DNA of 64,000 bases, taken from positions 310,001 through 374,000 of the forward strand of contig MU008181.1 of assembly GCA_010909165.1 (NCBI GenBank). Reading direction: 5' to 3'. This DNA is from Anthoceros angustus. Lineage: Eukaryota > Plantae > Anthocerotophyta. Position 1 is the first letter of the stretch. Every line of letters starts with the position of its first letter. A program made the position numbers and the translations under genes. The notes below the pieces were generated by a model, which was not told where the DNA came from, ran no database searches, and was given only the letters and a program-made list of their open reading frames with translations. Below, one piece after another: positions 11,380 to 23,755 of this stretch.

Positions 11380-12335
11380 ATGGAGCCCGTTCTCATATCA
11401 GGTCTGTTGTGCTGGTGAATGTGTTGGTGTTTGTAATGTAGAGACTGTAGTGTTGGAGTCTGAATTGTGTGGAATGGTTGTTGGAATGTGTAGATGGCGC
11501 TCTCCCCGCTCGGGGGAGCGAAGGAGGAGTGCAAGGCAGGCGAATCCTGGCATCTGTGCCAACCTCTCCTCCTCCTCCCAGAGTGTGCACTGACTACACC
11601 ACGGGACAGACCTATCCTTGCTATCCGCAGCAGTACCCGGTTTTGGTGATCGTGGTGGCGGGCCTTGTTTCCATGTTGTTTCTTATAAGCGTGGCTTTCC
11701 TGATGCTTTACTGCTCCTACTACAAGCGAAGAGATTTGAGACTCGAGGGTTCGAGTCCTGCGTCTCAAGTGGCTCCTGCCAATGCGGTTGCGTCTGCGTC
11801 TGCGTCTGCTGCCGGCCCTGACTCCACGGCGTACGATGATTTGGTGCTTGTGTACATGCCTGGAGACGAGTTGGCTGTCTTTGCACGACCAGCTCCTTTC
11901 ACGGGAGACTCGGCTTCCGGCGAGGCTTCCTTGAAGGAAAAAATAAGCAGCTCGAATGGAGAGGTGGAGCAAGGTGATCACACTTCTGGAGCTGCGGCGG
12001 TGAAGGAATGTGATGTGGAGGCGTCTCCCGACGGCCAGGATACAGCTCGAGAGCCTAAGCGGAATATTGTCCGCAGCCTCTCATTGTCGAACCATAGAAG
12101 TTTCAGGTTCCAGGAGCTCGGTGCTTCGTCTTCTTCGTCCGCAAGAGAAGTTTTCAGGTTTTCCACAAGGCATGCAAGTTTCAGATTTGAGCGTGATATA
12201 AGTGTTGCTTTAGAATTGGAAGGAACTAGAAGCTTTTCCTTCCCAAGACGGGCAGATGCAGCTCTTTCTGGCAGCCCTTTTCCTCAAGGCGCAAGAACAG
12301 TTGATCATCAGGCCTTGCTGTTGCCAGAAATGTGA
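11380..12335 (+). CDS. Single-pass membrane protein with a GLUTAMINE DUMPER (VIMAG)-like cytosolic motif
   Basis: Proposed exon 1 11380-11401 (ATG..TCAG|gt), intron 11402-11493 (92 nt, ..tag), exon 2 to the stop at 12335. TM helix VLVIVVAGLVSMLFLISVAFLMLY followed by basic KRR. Motif LVLVYMPGDELAVFARPAP resembles the V(I/V)M(A/P)GD..P.F.A.P motif of GDU-like proteins. The Ser-rich tail is likely disordered. Confidence 0.6.
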
Positions 12336-12680
12336 TACTGGCTAGCGCGGATGGAAGGTGAAGCTTGGTGTGATTCGTTTTGTAGAGAAGTGGCAGCAAT
12401 GGAAACTGCCGTGCTTTACAGTCATTTATCTACACTTGTATGTGTTTATTGCCATAGCTTTGAGCTTTTCTGAAGACTGCACGTGAGCATTCTCAAACAT
12501 CCTTCTTCCTCCCTCGCCGAGGTTCTCGAAGTTTTCGGAATATGCACACAGGCATCTAAGCATACTCCTTGCTGTTGATTTTACGGGCGACGACTGGAAT
12601 GCTCCTTCAGTGAGGTAAGGAGAGTCACATCGAAGTCTTGCGAAGCTGAACGCGTGTTGTCGGATTGGCCGCTTTGTTTC

Positions 12681-14198
12681 TCAGAATTTGCAGACTTCTT
12701 GCCTGAAGATATCCATCGCAGCAGGCGGCAGGCTGATGAGAACGTTGATGCTCTTCCTCTCCCTCCCGTGAGAGAGGAACAGCACGGCCTCACGCTCCGG
12801 GAGATTAGCAGGGCCCGTTTGCACCGGCTCACCCCACCCGAAATTGGTGGTGTGGAACTCCAGCCTTGACCATGTGGTGATCACCAGTGTTGCAACCAGA
12901 GCCGGCCTCGCCCTGGTCACTTCGAAGAAATCAATGGCGGATCTGATGTAGTCTCCGGTGATCATGGCTATGGCGTCCTTCACCAGCCCCACGGCGTGGG
13001 ACAGCGGGCGCTGTGTGAGCTCCGAGGCCGTGGTTATGGCGTACGCCAGTGCGATTCCGTTGCCAACGAAGCCCTTGGGAAGAGGAGGTTCCAGGCGGTT
13101 GCGTCCGTCCACTGCGAAGAGGAGCTTTGTCAGCTGATCCCCCTTCATGCCCATGGCTCGTGTCCGAGCTCTCCAGATGTGCGCTGCCAGGCTCTCGAAG
13201 GTGGTGACTTTGGTGGTTGGAGCAGGTTTCTCCTCAACGCTCGCCGCCTTCTTCAGAGCCTCCAGTTCCTCGGCGGTGAACCAGAAGAAGGCGTTTTCCA
13301 AGCCCTCGTCCTGGAGCAGCAGGTTCTTCTCCTCGGACAGATCTTCGATTTCTGTGAACTCACCGTGCGTGTATCTGACTTCCGGAGGGTTCCGCTGCCG
13401 GAGAATGCTCCTGTCCAGGACTGGTGGCACGCTCAAGGCCTTCTCCCCTCGGGCCAGCTCTGCCCAGGAGTTGACGAAGTTCATGGCGCCCACACCATCG
13501 AACAGGCAGTGGTTGTTGCTCAGTCCCAGCACCCAGCCCCCGCACTTGAATTTGGTCACCTTCAGATCACGCACACGGTGTGAAGACCTGGAGCAGGAGA
13601 CGTATTAAATCACCGGCTAGCAAGCTCTTGCTCTCACCTGGATGACCAGCGGAGGAATCTGAAGAATGTTGGCGGCTCCAGGAACGGCGTACACCAGCTT
13701 CTTGCTCACCTGCACATTCGGTTTGCTCACATCGTACCCGAGCTCCGCCAGGGACAGGTTTGCCTCCGCCTCCACGAACACCACGCCATCTCCTGTGAGT
13801 TTGATGTCCAGCTTTCCCTCCTTGCTGATGCCCAGCCTTCCTGTGACTGGGTAGTAGAAGACCAAGAGTTTAGCCAGGGCTTCCTTGAGCACACGAGCCG
13901 GGTCTGGATGTTGCTTCGGGACAGCAGGTTTCCCGTTTGCTGTGCCGCCATTCTCTGTCGCACCGTCGTGGTTATCTGCGTTACCAGGTGTTGTGTTGCG
14001 GTCGTCCTCTGGAACCGGCAGGATGTGAGGCTGCTGCTGAGCCTGGAAAAAGTAAAGCGTTTCTACCATCACGGCAATGTTCTGGTCGAGGTTGCTGAGG
14101 AAGAATTCGCCCTGGTTCTCCTTGACTGGTTCTGCAGGCACCACCAGCTCAGGCTCCCCGAGCAGAGTTACCTGCAGTGGTGGGTGATCGGAACCCAT
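12681..14198 (-). CDS. ASFT: BAHD acyltransferase, omega-hydroxyacid O-feruloyltransferase-like (ASFT/HHT1)
   Basis: Two exons (14198-13638 and 13559-12681) with a 78-nt GT-AG intron at the conserved Q position (PPLVIQ|VTKFKCGG). HXXXD = HCLFD; DFGWG variant NFGWG. FLSNLDQNIAV and TTWSRLEFHTTNFGWGEP..GPANLPEREAVLFLSHG match the ASFT family as I recall it. An alternative upstream ATG lies at 14270. Confidence 0.88.
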
Positions 14199-16874
14199 TT
14201 TTTCCCTGATGTGTTCTGCAGGCCACAAACTTTCAATGGATGAGCTCTCTGATTTCCTGGACCACAACATTTCTATTCACAAAATATTGGTCAACTGCAG
14301 ATCTTCGCTCCATATTGGATGGAGGATTGTTCCACCTACTTCTTGCACCGGAGTCCCAAACTTTGCCTGTTGGCTACCGAGCTCAGGTGACGAAAATGTC
14401 TGAAGTTGGAATGGCAGAGTCGAGGAGGAATGTGCCCAAGAACTTCGGTCCAACGGATCGGGAAGCTTGCCTGAATGGAGAGAGCTGGCGTGGTTGGTAC
14501 GAGGGGCTTCAGATGACTCAGTGGTAGGACAGAATCGGACCTCAGGGCTTTTAAACATGGCGAGTGGAGCGGTCCAGCTCCGCTCCACCCATTACTAAAC
14601 CGTATGTTCTCTCGAGGACTAAAGTGCATGCCTGCGAGGAGCCGGTACACTACCAGCAGATGGACAAGGGCCCCGTGAACGCGTTTCTGGCGCTGTCAGA
14701 AAGCTGTCAAATTTGTGAAGGAGACAATGTGACTTCTGTTTGGAGCTGTGGCCCTGTGGCAGAGGCGCAACGACCCAACCACTTCGAGCAGACTCTGGTA
14801 ATGGAGACATATATGTAAGCGTCTCTCCAGGATGGATTCGATTTGAATGTCTCCTGATTCTCTACAGTTATTAATGTGCTCCCAAGCGCTTGGTCGGATT
14901 CCTCAAATCAGTGGAGGGCACGTTTTTCTCTTTCGTGTGTCATGCAAAGGAGGTTCCCATTGATGCAGCATCTGGGTTGATTGTGGGGACGGAGTGTTCA
15001 AAGATTAGAGCAGAGGGGAGAGAGTGGCATTATCGGGTATGTATCACGTTTTTAGGCCATGTTGAACAGTAGTGGGTGCCCGGACCCGGCCCCAGGTGAT
15101 TCTTTGCCTAGAAGGGTTTGTAGCTTTGGGGACACTTCGTCTCTCATGCGAGTACGACTGACGTGGTTTACACATGCATTGCAGAGATGTCCTGGTGTTG
15201 CAAGTGTGTAAGCGCTGGCTGGCGACGGATGCGTGACTCGTCAAGACCAGTGTGTGCTCTGAAGATGAAGACCTTGAGGCACGTACTGTACATGGTATGG
15301 GATGACTCCAACTATGCTTTCGGTTTGTACGCTAGGAGGGAAAGAGCCTTTAATTCACATCCGCTTCATGATTCCCAGCCAGTGATGTAATGGTAGCCAA
15401 TAGCAGCACCAGTCCAAGCTGTGGATGGGCCCAGCGAGTTGGTGGTGGGTTGGTGAGCCACATGGTGACTTGCCTTGTACCGCTGAGTACATCTTTACAG
15501 CCCCACTTAAGCCCATTAATGGAGAGCAGATCTGTCCTGAAGAGTTGTTGAACTCATCATGCTCATCGCAAGGTGATTAGCCGAACGTGTTCTTGAGAGC
15601 TTAAGACGTTGTTGCTGCTTCTCCCATAAGGTGAGCCCGATCTGCATTCGGAGAGACGCAAGACAGTGATTGCGTAGGAGGAGGGTTCGTGCCTTGTCTT
15701 GAGAGCCGGTCCATTCAATACCGTGGTTTGTGTGCCTTGGTGAGCACTCGGTGGTCGAGTCTGTGAGTTGGTGTATGTCAGCTTTTTGGGCCCTGGAGCT
15801 GACGTTGCTACGTCGACACTGCTCTCCCTCCAGTTTCAGGATATCCATGGGTGGCGATTCGAAGCTTCTCCGCTCCTGATTCTCAGTTGTGGGAACCACT
15901 TCCCACATCTGAGAATTGCGGGGGAGAAGCTCCGATCCACGCCCAAGTTCCGACTTGATGCAAGAATGGACAGGTGTACCAGATTCTTGAGATGGCGCGA
16001 CCCAGTGATCGGTTACTGCGAACTATGGTGAGCTCGCTTTTCATCCAACACCAATTTCATTCTGTTGCTGTCAGATGTGACTCAGTAAGGTGTTGGGTGG
16101 AGTGCTTCTTGTGATAGGATGTGGCAATTCTTCCAAGAGCGGCTTCCGTCAACGAGCGCGAGGTGCCACCTGCGAGACATCTTTTGTCGCTTGTGTTTGA
16201 AAAAGCACCAGTGTCCTAGTCTCAATTATTTGAACATCAGGCTCCTTCTGAGCGAAAGGAGACATGATGTGGACGGCTTGCTAGGCAGATGCGCTTGTCA
16301 CATTTTCCTTCATGCTTCTTCATCTTCGGTCACCCACCTTGTAATGGTTCATGCAGCTGAAGTAACATGATCCTGTTCTGGAGTGGTGAGCAGCAGCCAT
16401 TTCTGGTGTCAGTCTCCCACAGGCCCCGCATAGTGGTTGCTCACATTGTAATCCTAACACAACCAAGTGTCTCCATCATCCGGATCATGTCTCCTCAGCC
16501 TCTTTCTGCACCATCCGTGCCCATGGAATTCGTGAGCTCCTGAGGACTCTTGTGAATATATTTGATTCTGGAGATATTGTGGTGTGGTGGCCACAACATT
16601 CCCTGCACTTGTAGCAAAGGACGTAAGCAGGGAAGGTATGGACTTGTGCAATCTTTACATGTGTTATAAAAATAATGCACCCTCATTCCAGCAGGGTGAG
16701 AACATGGAGATAGCAGTTGGCGGTGAAGCCGACCGAGACCGAGACCAATCCAGTACACGAGCGGTTCACTACCAGCGCCAATGCGCCAATTTAAGCACCA
16801 GGCAGCTTATTTGGAGCGCCTTAATTAACCCTACGCTCCGGGGGCCAATAGGTGGAAGAATTCATTCATCTCTT

Positions 16875-18639
16875 CTAAATCTGAACAAACTTCTCGAACT
16901 TGTCCATCTCATGCGGCAGCAGGGAGATGACGACGTTCAAGCCTCCCGCAGGCCTGGCGGTCGGCAAGAGCAGCACGAATTCCGTCATGGAGCTCACGAT
17001 CGGGCCCGCAAACACAGGCTTCCCCCACCCGAAATCCACCTGGTAGAAAGGCAGCTTCCACCAGGCGGAGATGAAGACCCCGCCGGGCAGCGCGGGAATG
17101 CCCCGGTGCACCTCCCACCAGTCCAATGACGACCTCACGTACTCGTCCGTCACCCTGCCGATGGCGCTCTGCACCTTCTCCACGCAGAAGGTGAGCGGCT
17201 TCTCCTTGAGCTCCTGGAACGTGGCCCTGGCGCAGGCCGAGAAGACGGCGTTGCAGCACAAAGCCCTCGGCAGCGGCGGGCTCATCCGCCCCCGTATGTC
17301 CACCGCGAACAGCAAGGTCGCGGGCGCGGTCGGCGCCGGGCAGTCCACCGCCCTGCTCCTCGCCTGCCAGATGTGCGAGGCCAAAGCTTCGAACGTCGAT
17401 ACCTTGTTCACGCTCCCTTTGCTGTGGAAGCCATTGATCTCGACGCTGCCGTGGCCATTGCTGTCGTTGCCGCTGCTTTTGTTGGCACTGCCGTTGCTAT
17501 TGCCGTCGTTGTTGCTGTTGCCATTGGTGTGGCCATCGCTGTTGCCATGGCTGTGGCCGTTGCTGTGGCCGTTAGGGTCGTTGATTTGGTAGCCATTTCC
17601 ATGGCCATTGCTAGGTTTTACAATATCCTGTTTGCCAGGCTCCGGCTCCGGCTCCCGCTCCCGCTCCGGCTCCTCCTCCTGCTCCCGGCCCGCGGCCTTC
17701 TTCTTGAGATGATTCAGCGCGTCCTCGGGGAAATGGAACACTCTGTAGATGTGACGCTGCGAGGCATGGAGATCTTGGAGCTTGCCGTTGGCGACATCCG
17801 CGGTGGTGAAGGGGTTGGAGGCGGCCAGCATGGCGATGTCCTCCGGGGAGATGTACTCGGGGTGGTCGAAGCGGATCTGAGGCGGCTCCCGCGCGCGCAG
17901 CAGCGTCCGGTCGTGGACTGGGAACACCACCATGTCCCCGCCCTTGCAGAAGGAGGTGAAGTTGGTGAGGAAATCTATGGCGCCGATGCCGTCGTAGTTG
18001 ATGTGGCCCATGGTGAAGCCCACCGCGAATCCCCCGCACCGGAACCTCGTCACCTGCATCCATCACCACACACCCATTCACCATCCACATTCACCTACGG
18101 TCGTCAACTTCACGACCGAGCTCGCACGCTCGACTGCCTATATACCTCACCTGCACCATGAGCAGCGGGACGTCGGTGATCTTGGCCGCGCCCCATGCCT
18201 GCGGCACCAACGTGCGGAACGCGGGATTGGGAATGGTGACGTCCCCCAGATGGGCCAGGCGGAGCTCGGTGTCGGCCTCTCCGAACTGCGCGCCGGCCCC
18301 GTTGCAGTCCACCTCCAGCCTGCGCTCGGCCGCGTTCAGCCGGAGCCTGCCGGCCAGGAACTGGTAATGCACCAGCACCTTCTTCAGGGCCTCGCGCAGG
18401 GTGCTGGCCACGCCGAGGCTGGGCTTGTCGGGATCGGCGCGGTAGAAATACACCGTCTCCACCGAGAACGCCAGGACTTGGTCGATGTTGGAGAGGAAGA
18501 GCGGAGCATTCACCCCGTCCCCGGGAGAAGCAGGCTTGATGAGCTCGGGATCGGCCAGCTTCACCGGGAGCTCGGCCAGCTCGGGGGGCGCCCCCGCCAC
18601 CACCCGCCGCCCCTTGCCGCCGCCGCCGCCGCCTTGCAT
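16875..18639 (-). CDS. BAHD acyltransferase, GLAUCE-like
   Basis: Two exons (18639-18151 and 18053-16875) with a 97-nt GT-AG intron at the Q position (LLMVQ|VTRFRCGG). HXXXD = HINYD; DFGWG present. FLSNIDQVLAFSVETVYF and LAGRLRLN....RLEVDCNGAGA resemble GLAUCE-type BAHDs. About 100-aa low-complexity insert. Confidence 0.85.
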
Positions 18640-19861
18640 TGCTGCAGCTTCAGGATCCGGGGGCGAGGCGTGGGGGAGAGGGATGGATGGATTCGAGAAT
18701 CAAGAATCGAGAATCGGCGGATGGATCGGTGCAGGAGAGTGCGGGGGAGAGGAGTCCGGGGGACGGGCTTTTGAAAGACGCCACAGCCGGGTGGGGAAGT
18801 TGAGATGTCACAGCGCAGGGCCCCCTGGCTTTACCTGTCAGCCGGGCTGGTGAACGGCGGGAGCTGGCTGTGGCGAGGTCGGGTGTGTCGCAGTAGTGCG
18901 TAGCGTACGCGCGCGCCCCCCATTCCATCAATCCCGACTGCACGGTCGGACGATCCATCCTCCCGGGCTGGTCATCTGTACCGGGGGCATTAAGGGGGAG
19001 GTTAATGGCGATGCGGGCGGCAGGACAGGCTTGGGGCTGGTGAATGCAACGCCATTATCGGGCACACTCGGTCGCAGTCGCGTCTGTGAAGGGGCCAGTG
19101 GCAAAGCGGATTCGGATCGGCCCACCTGCAAGTTGCAGGGGATGGTCTAGCGCTGGCTCGGAGTTGATGGATCCACGGATGGCCGAACTGCTCTGGGACT
19201 GGTCTGACGCCACCGGTGGCCTCTGGCTCTGCAGAGCGCACTGCCATGGGCTCTGGCCTGGTGGTAGCTGCAGTAGGTATAGCGTGGCTTTGGAGCTTTG
19301 CCTAAGGGCAAAGCTGCACTTCACGGGGGCCCCATGACAGCTGCTGCGTCAACCTCATGGCAGCCTTTGTGAGCGGAAGAGTGCGCTTCCCAGGGACCAG
19401 TCGGCTTGCTGCTGCTGCTGCTGCGGTTATGGCTCCACTCGGGGAATTTATTTCGATCTTCTCGCATGCTTGCGGCCGCGTACAACACACCGACTTGTGG
19501 ACGTACCCGCAGATGGATGATCCCGGACGAGTGTGCTAGATTTATTGCAACCTTGGATGCCAGCCTGGTCGCGTCTGCTGTGCCATCCCTGTCCTCGCGC
19601 CTGCCTTCCATGTACTTTTCTAGCTCTGATTTCGCACGCGCTTGACACCTCACAAATCCACAACGCGAGTCTATCTAGGATTCTGGAGCCTAGGCATGGC
19701 AACAGCGACCGTCGTGTTTTCCCACCTCCATCCAGGCTAAGCTATCAGGGTGGCCTGGGGCATGGACCGGTTTGTAGCTAAACTCGATACATATCTATAT
19801 AGACTAGAAGAAGAAAAAGAATTTTATTTAAGTCCACTAAGGACGTATTTCCGTCATGGCA

Positions 19862-20052
19862 CTTGGTACTTAACAACTTGTACCATAGTATGCCTAAGCT
19901 ACTTGCACCAAAGGCATCCATTCCCTTTAAGCACCCCATCTAAGTACCGATCCAAGCGCAGGATGCTTACTTGTATCATGGTATGCCTAAGCTACTGGCA
20001 CCAAGGGCATCCATTCCCTTTAGGCACCCCATCTAAGTACCGATCCAAGCGC
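19862..20052 (+). repeat. Dispersed/tandem repeat of about 93 bp (two tandem copies here, a third at 22297-22390, 5' core also at about 7279-7305)
   Basis: CTTGGTACTTAACAACTTGTACCAT occurs at about 7279, 19862 and 22299. The following GCCTAAGCTAC..GGCATCCA..GCACCCCATCTAAGTA block occurs at 19876, 19969 and about 22314. Confidence 0.85.
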
Positions 20053-20514
20053 GATAAGCACGTTCTTATAAATGTGTATCAAAGCTCAGAGATGGAAGTT
20101 TTTCCTTTTCTCCCTTTGATGGTAAAGTAAGACTAAGTCCATGAGCTTATTATCTCAGGTCGGAACAAGCTTCATATCGAAAAAGGAGCGAGCTACATTA
20201 TGTCCATTTGGCCTAAGCCATTTGGACACCATATGTATAGATAAAAAGTCCCTCCTAAAACAGCTACCTATATTCTTTATATTTGTCCGGTTTATCCATC
20301 CCCCGTCCTTCGCGTCCTCCGCCAGCTACAAAAATCATCCCCCATGTTGCCAGATCGAAGGGGTTACCATGACCCACATACCTTCTCTAATTCTTCCCAT
20401 CATCACAATCTCGTCAATTCATACTCTCGCACTCCAAACCAAAAATCAAATATTATAGTTCTTCAAGGAGGGACATCCAAACATGGGTTCATTGGAACTC
20501 CCCACTTAAACATC

Positions 20515-22240
20515 GATCAGTGCTCGGATGGGGTGCTATCCGTCCCCAGCTTTACAGGCCTATGGGACTATCAGTTGTAACTATCAATGCTCAGATGGGG
20601 TGCTATCCATCCCCAGCCAGTTGTAACTATCGGTGCTCAGATGGGTTCTGTCCATCGCCAGCCAGTTGTAACTATTTGTGCTCAGATGGGGTGCTATCCA
20701 TCCCCAGCCAATTGTAACTATCGGTGCTCAGATGGGTGTCGTCCATCGCCAGCCAGTTGTAACTATTTGTGCTCAGATGGGGTGCTATCCATCCCCAGCC
20801 AATTGTAACTATCGGTGCTCAGATGGGTGTCGTCCATCGCCAGCCAGTTGTAACTATCTATGCTCAGATGGGGTACTATCCATCTCGAGCTTAACAGGCC
20901 TGTCAGTTGTAACTATCAGTGCTCAGATGCGGTGCTATCCATCTCCAGCTTAACAGGCCTGTGGGGCTGTCAATTGTGACTATCCTGCCTTGGTCTCAAC
21001 CATTGCGGGGTCACCAGTAGTTAGTGTATGGGATGCTATCCAAGGGCTAATAGTTGTCCATTGCAGGGTCGCCTGTAGTTAGTATATGGGGTGCTATCCA
21101 CGGGCAGTCAGTTGTAACTATCCTGCCTTGGTCTCAACCATTGCGGGATCGCCAGTAGTTTGTGTATGGGGTGCTATCCAGGGGCTATCATTTGTCCATT
21201 GCGGGGTCACTAGTAGTTAGTCTATGGGGTGCTATCCAAGGGCTGTCAGTTGTAACCATCCTGCTTTGGTCTCAACCATTGCAGGTGTAATCCGACGTAT
21301 CAGTTGCAACTATCAATGCTCAGATGGGGTGTTATCCATTCCCATCTTAACAAGCCTGTGGAGCTGTCAGTTGTAACTATCCTGCCTTGGTCTCAAGATG
21401 GGGTGTTATCCATTCCCATCTTAACAAGCCTGTGGAGCTGTCAGTTGTAACTATCCTGCCTTGGTCTCAACCATTGCAGAGTCGCCAGTAGTTAGTGTAT
21501 GGGGTGCTATTCAGAGGCTATCAATTGTCCATTGCGGGGTCGCCAATAATTAGTGTATGGGGTTGCCAGTAATTAGTGTATGTAACTATCATGCCTTGAT
21601 CTCAACCATTGCGGGGTCGGTAGTAGTTAGAGTATGGGGTGCTATCCAGGGGTGTCTGTTATAACTATCCTACCTTGGTCTCAACCATTGCGGGGTCACC
21701 AAAAGTTAGTGTATGAGGTGTTATCCATCCCTCAGCTTTATAGGCCTACGGGGGCTGTCAATTGTAGTTAGTGTATGGAGTGCTATTTAGTTTATGGAGT
21801 CTATTTTGTTTATGGAGTGCTATTAGTGTATGGGATGCTAGTTCGTGTATGGGGTGCTATCCATCCCTCATCTTTATAGGCCTACGGGGCTGTTAGTTAT
21901 AACTATCTTGCCTTGGTCTCAATCATTGTGGGGTCGCCAAAAGTTAGTATATGGGGTGCTATCCATCCCTAAGCTTTATAGGCCTATGGGGCTATCAGTT
22001 GTAGTTAGTGTATGGGGTGCTAGTTAGTTTATGGGGTGCTATCCATCCCTAAGCTTTATAAGCCTATGGGGCTATCAGTTGTAGTTAGTATATGGGGTGC
22101 TAGTTAGTTTATGGGGTGCTATCCACCCTGTCCATTGTAGTAAGTGTATGGGGTGCTAGTTAGTATATGGGGTTTTATGGGCCTACTCAGCTTTATGGGC
22201 CTACTCAGCTGTAAGCTGTAACTATCCTACATAATCTACT
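20515..22240 (+). repeat. Complex modular satellite built from short motifs (ATGGGGTGCTATCCA, CAGTTGTAACTATC, CCTTGGTCTCAACCATTGCGGGGTC, TAGTTAGTGTAT)
   Basis: Dozens of shuffled copies of these modules; higher-order near-exact repeats at 20585-20880, 21325-21470 and 21950-22130. Confidence 0.9.
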
Positions 22241-22659
22241 TAGCTTGCAATGGATGGAGCTTGCTTAGTATACTTGGCTGAACTTTCCTATAATGGGACT
22301 TGGTACTTAACAACTTGTACCATGGAGTGCCTAAGCTACTATGACCAAGGGCATCCACTCCTCTAAGCACCCCATCTAAGTAACGATCGAAGGCTCAAGA
22401 TGCTTGGCAGCCACATTCTCATAAATGTTAGACATGGAACTTAGTTACTCCTTGTTTGCTCAAGATGCTTGGCAGCCACATTCTCATAAATGTTAGACAT
22501 GGAACTTAGTTGCTCCTTGTTTACTATGATCCTCAGAGTCTCCTTTTGATTTTCTTTCGTAGATGGGTTCACCCACCTCATCGTTCCTTAATAAAAATCC
22601 ATAATTTATGATATAGTATTATCTCTGTTCATTGAATACATACTCAAATAAATTACATG

Positions 22660-23346
22660 TTCCAGTGGCGACCCCGCACATGGGTGAGACAAAGGCAAGA
22701 TAACTCAGTAGGACACTAACTATTGGCACCCCGTAGGACACTAACTACTAGCGACCCCGCAATGGTTGAGATCAAGGATAGCCTCGTAGGCCTATAAAGC
22801 TAAGGGATAGGTAGCACCCCATACACTAACTATAACTGATGGGATAGATAGCATCCCATCCACTAACTAGCATCCCATACACTAACTAGCACCCCATATA
22901 CTAACTACAACTGACATCCCCGTAGGCCTATAAAGCTACGGGATGGATAGCACTCCATACACTAACTACAACTAATGGGATGAATAGCACCCTATCCACT
23001 AACTAGCACCCCATCCACTCACTTGCACCCCATACACTAACTAGCACCCCATACACTAACTACATTTGACAGCTCCGTAGGCCTATAAAGCTGAAAGATG
23101 GATAGCACCCCATACACGAACTATTGGCGCCCCTGCAATGGTTGAGACCGTGCTAGATCGACATTCTGGAAGTCCTCACTATCAAAGCAAGCTTGATGGT
23201 GGCGACCCTGCAATGGTTGAGACCGTGCTAGATCGACATTCTGGAAGTCCTCACTATCAAAACAAGCTTGATGGTGGCGACTCTGCAATGGTTGAGACCG
23301 TGCTAGATCGACATTCTGGAAGTCCTCGCTATCAAAGCAAGCTTGA
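22660..23346 (-). repeat. Inverted arm of the same satellite, ending in three 75-bp tandem units
   Basis: Reverse-complement modules TAGCACCCCATACACTAACT, TAGGCCTATAAAGCT and CGACCCCGCAATGGTTGAGA. 75-bp units have AATGGTTGAG at 23137, 23212 and 23287. Confidence 0.88.
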
Positions 23347-23409
23347 CTGGTGGAGTCTATTAAACTTGATAACAAGAAACCATATGTACATCTACTATCC
23401 ATAAAATGT

Positions 23410-23755
23410 GTGAAGTCGTATGTCTTTATCTCGTATGCTAACACTAGTATGTGTGCTAACCGTAGTATGTCTCAAGCCGTATATCTTTATCTCATATGCT
23501 AACTGCAGTATGTGTATTAACCGTAGCATGTTTGAAGCCGTATGTTTCTATCTAGTACATATGTATCTAACAATATGCTAATGGTCATATGCTAACCGTT
23601 GTATGTTGAAGCCGAATGTCTCTATCTCACAATCTGCTGACAACCCTATGCTAATAGTTATATGTGTGAAGCCGTATGTCTCTATCTCGTATGTGTGCAT
23701 CTAACAGCATGCAAATGTATCTAACAGTATGCAAATGTATCTAACAGTATCACAA
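23410..23755. repeat. Degenerate AT-rich tandem repeat
   Basis: Recurrent GAAGCCGTATGT(C/T)TCTATCT and CTAACAGTATGCAAATGTAT motifs. Confidence 0.55.
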
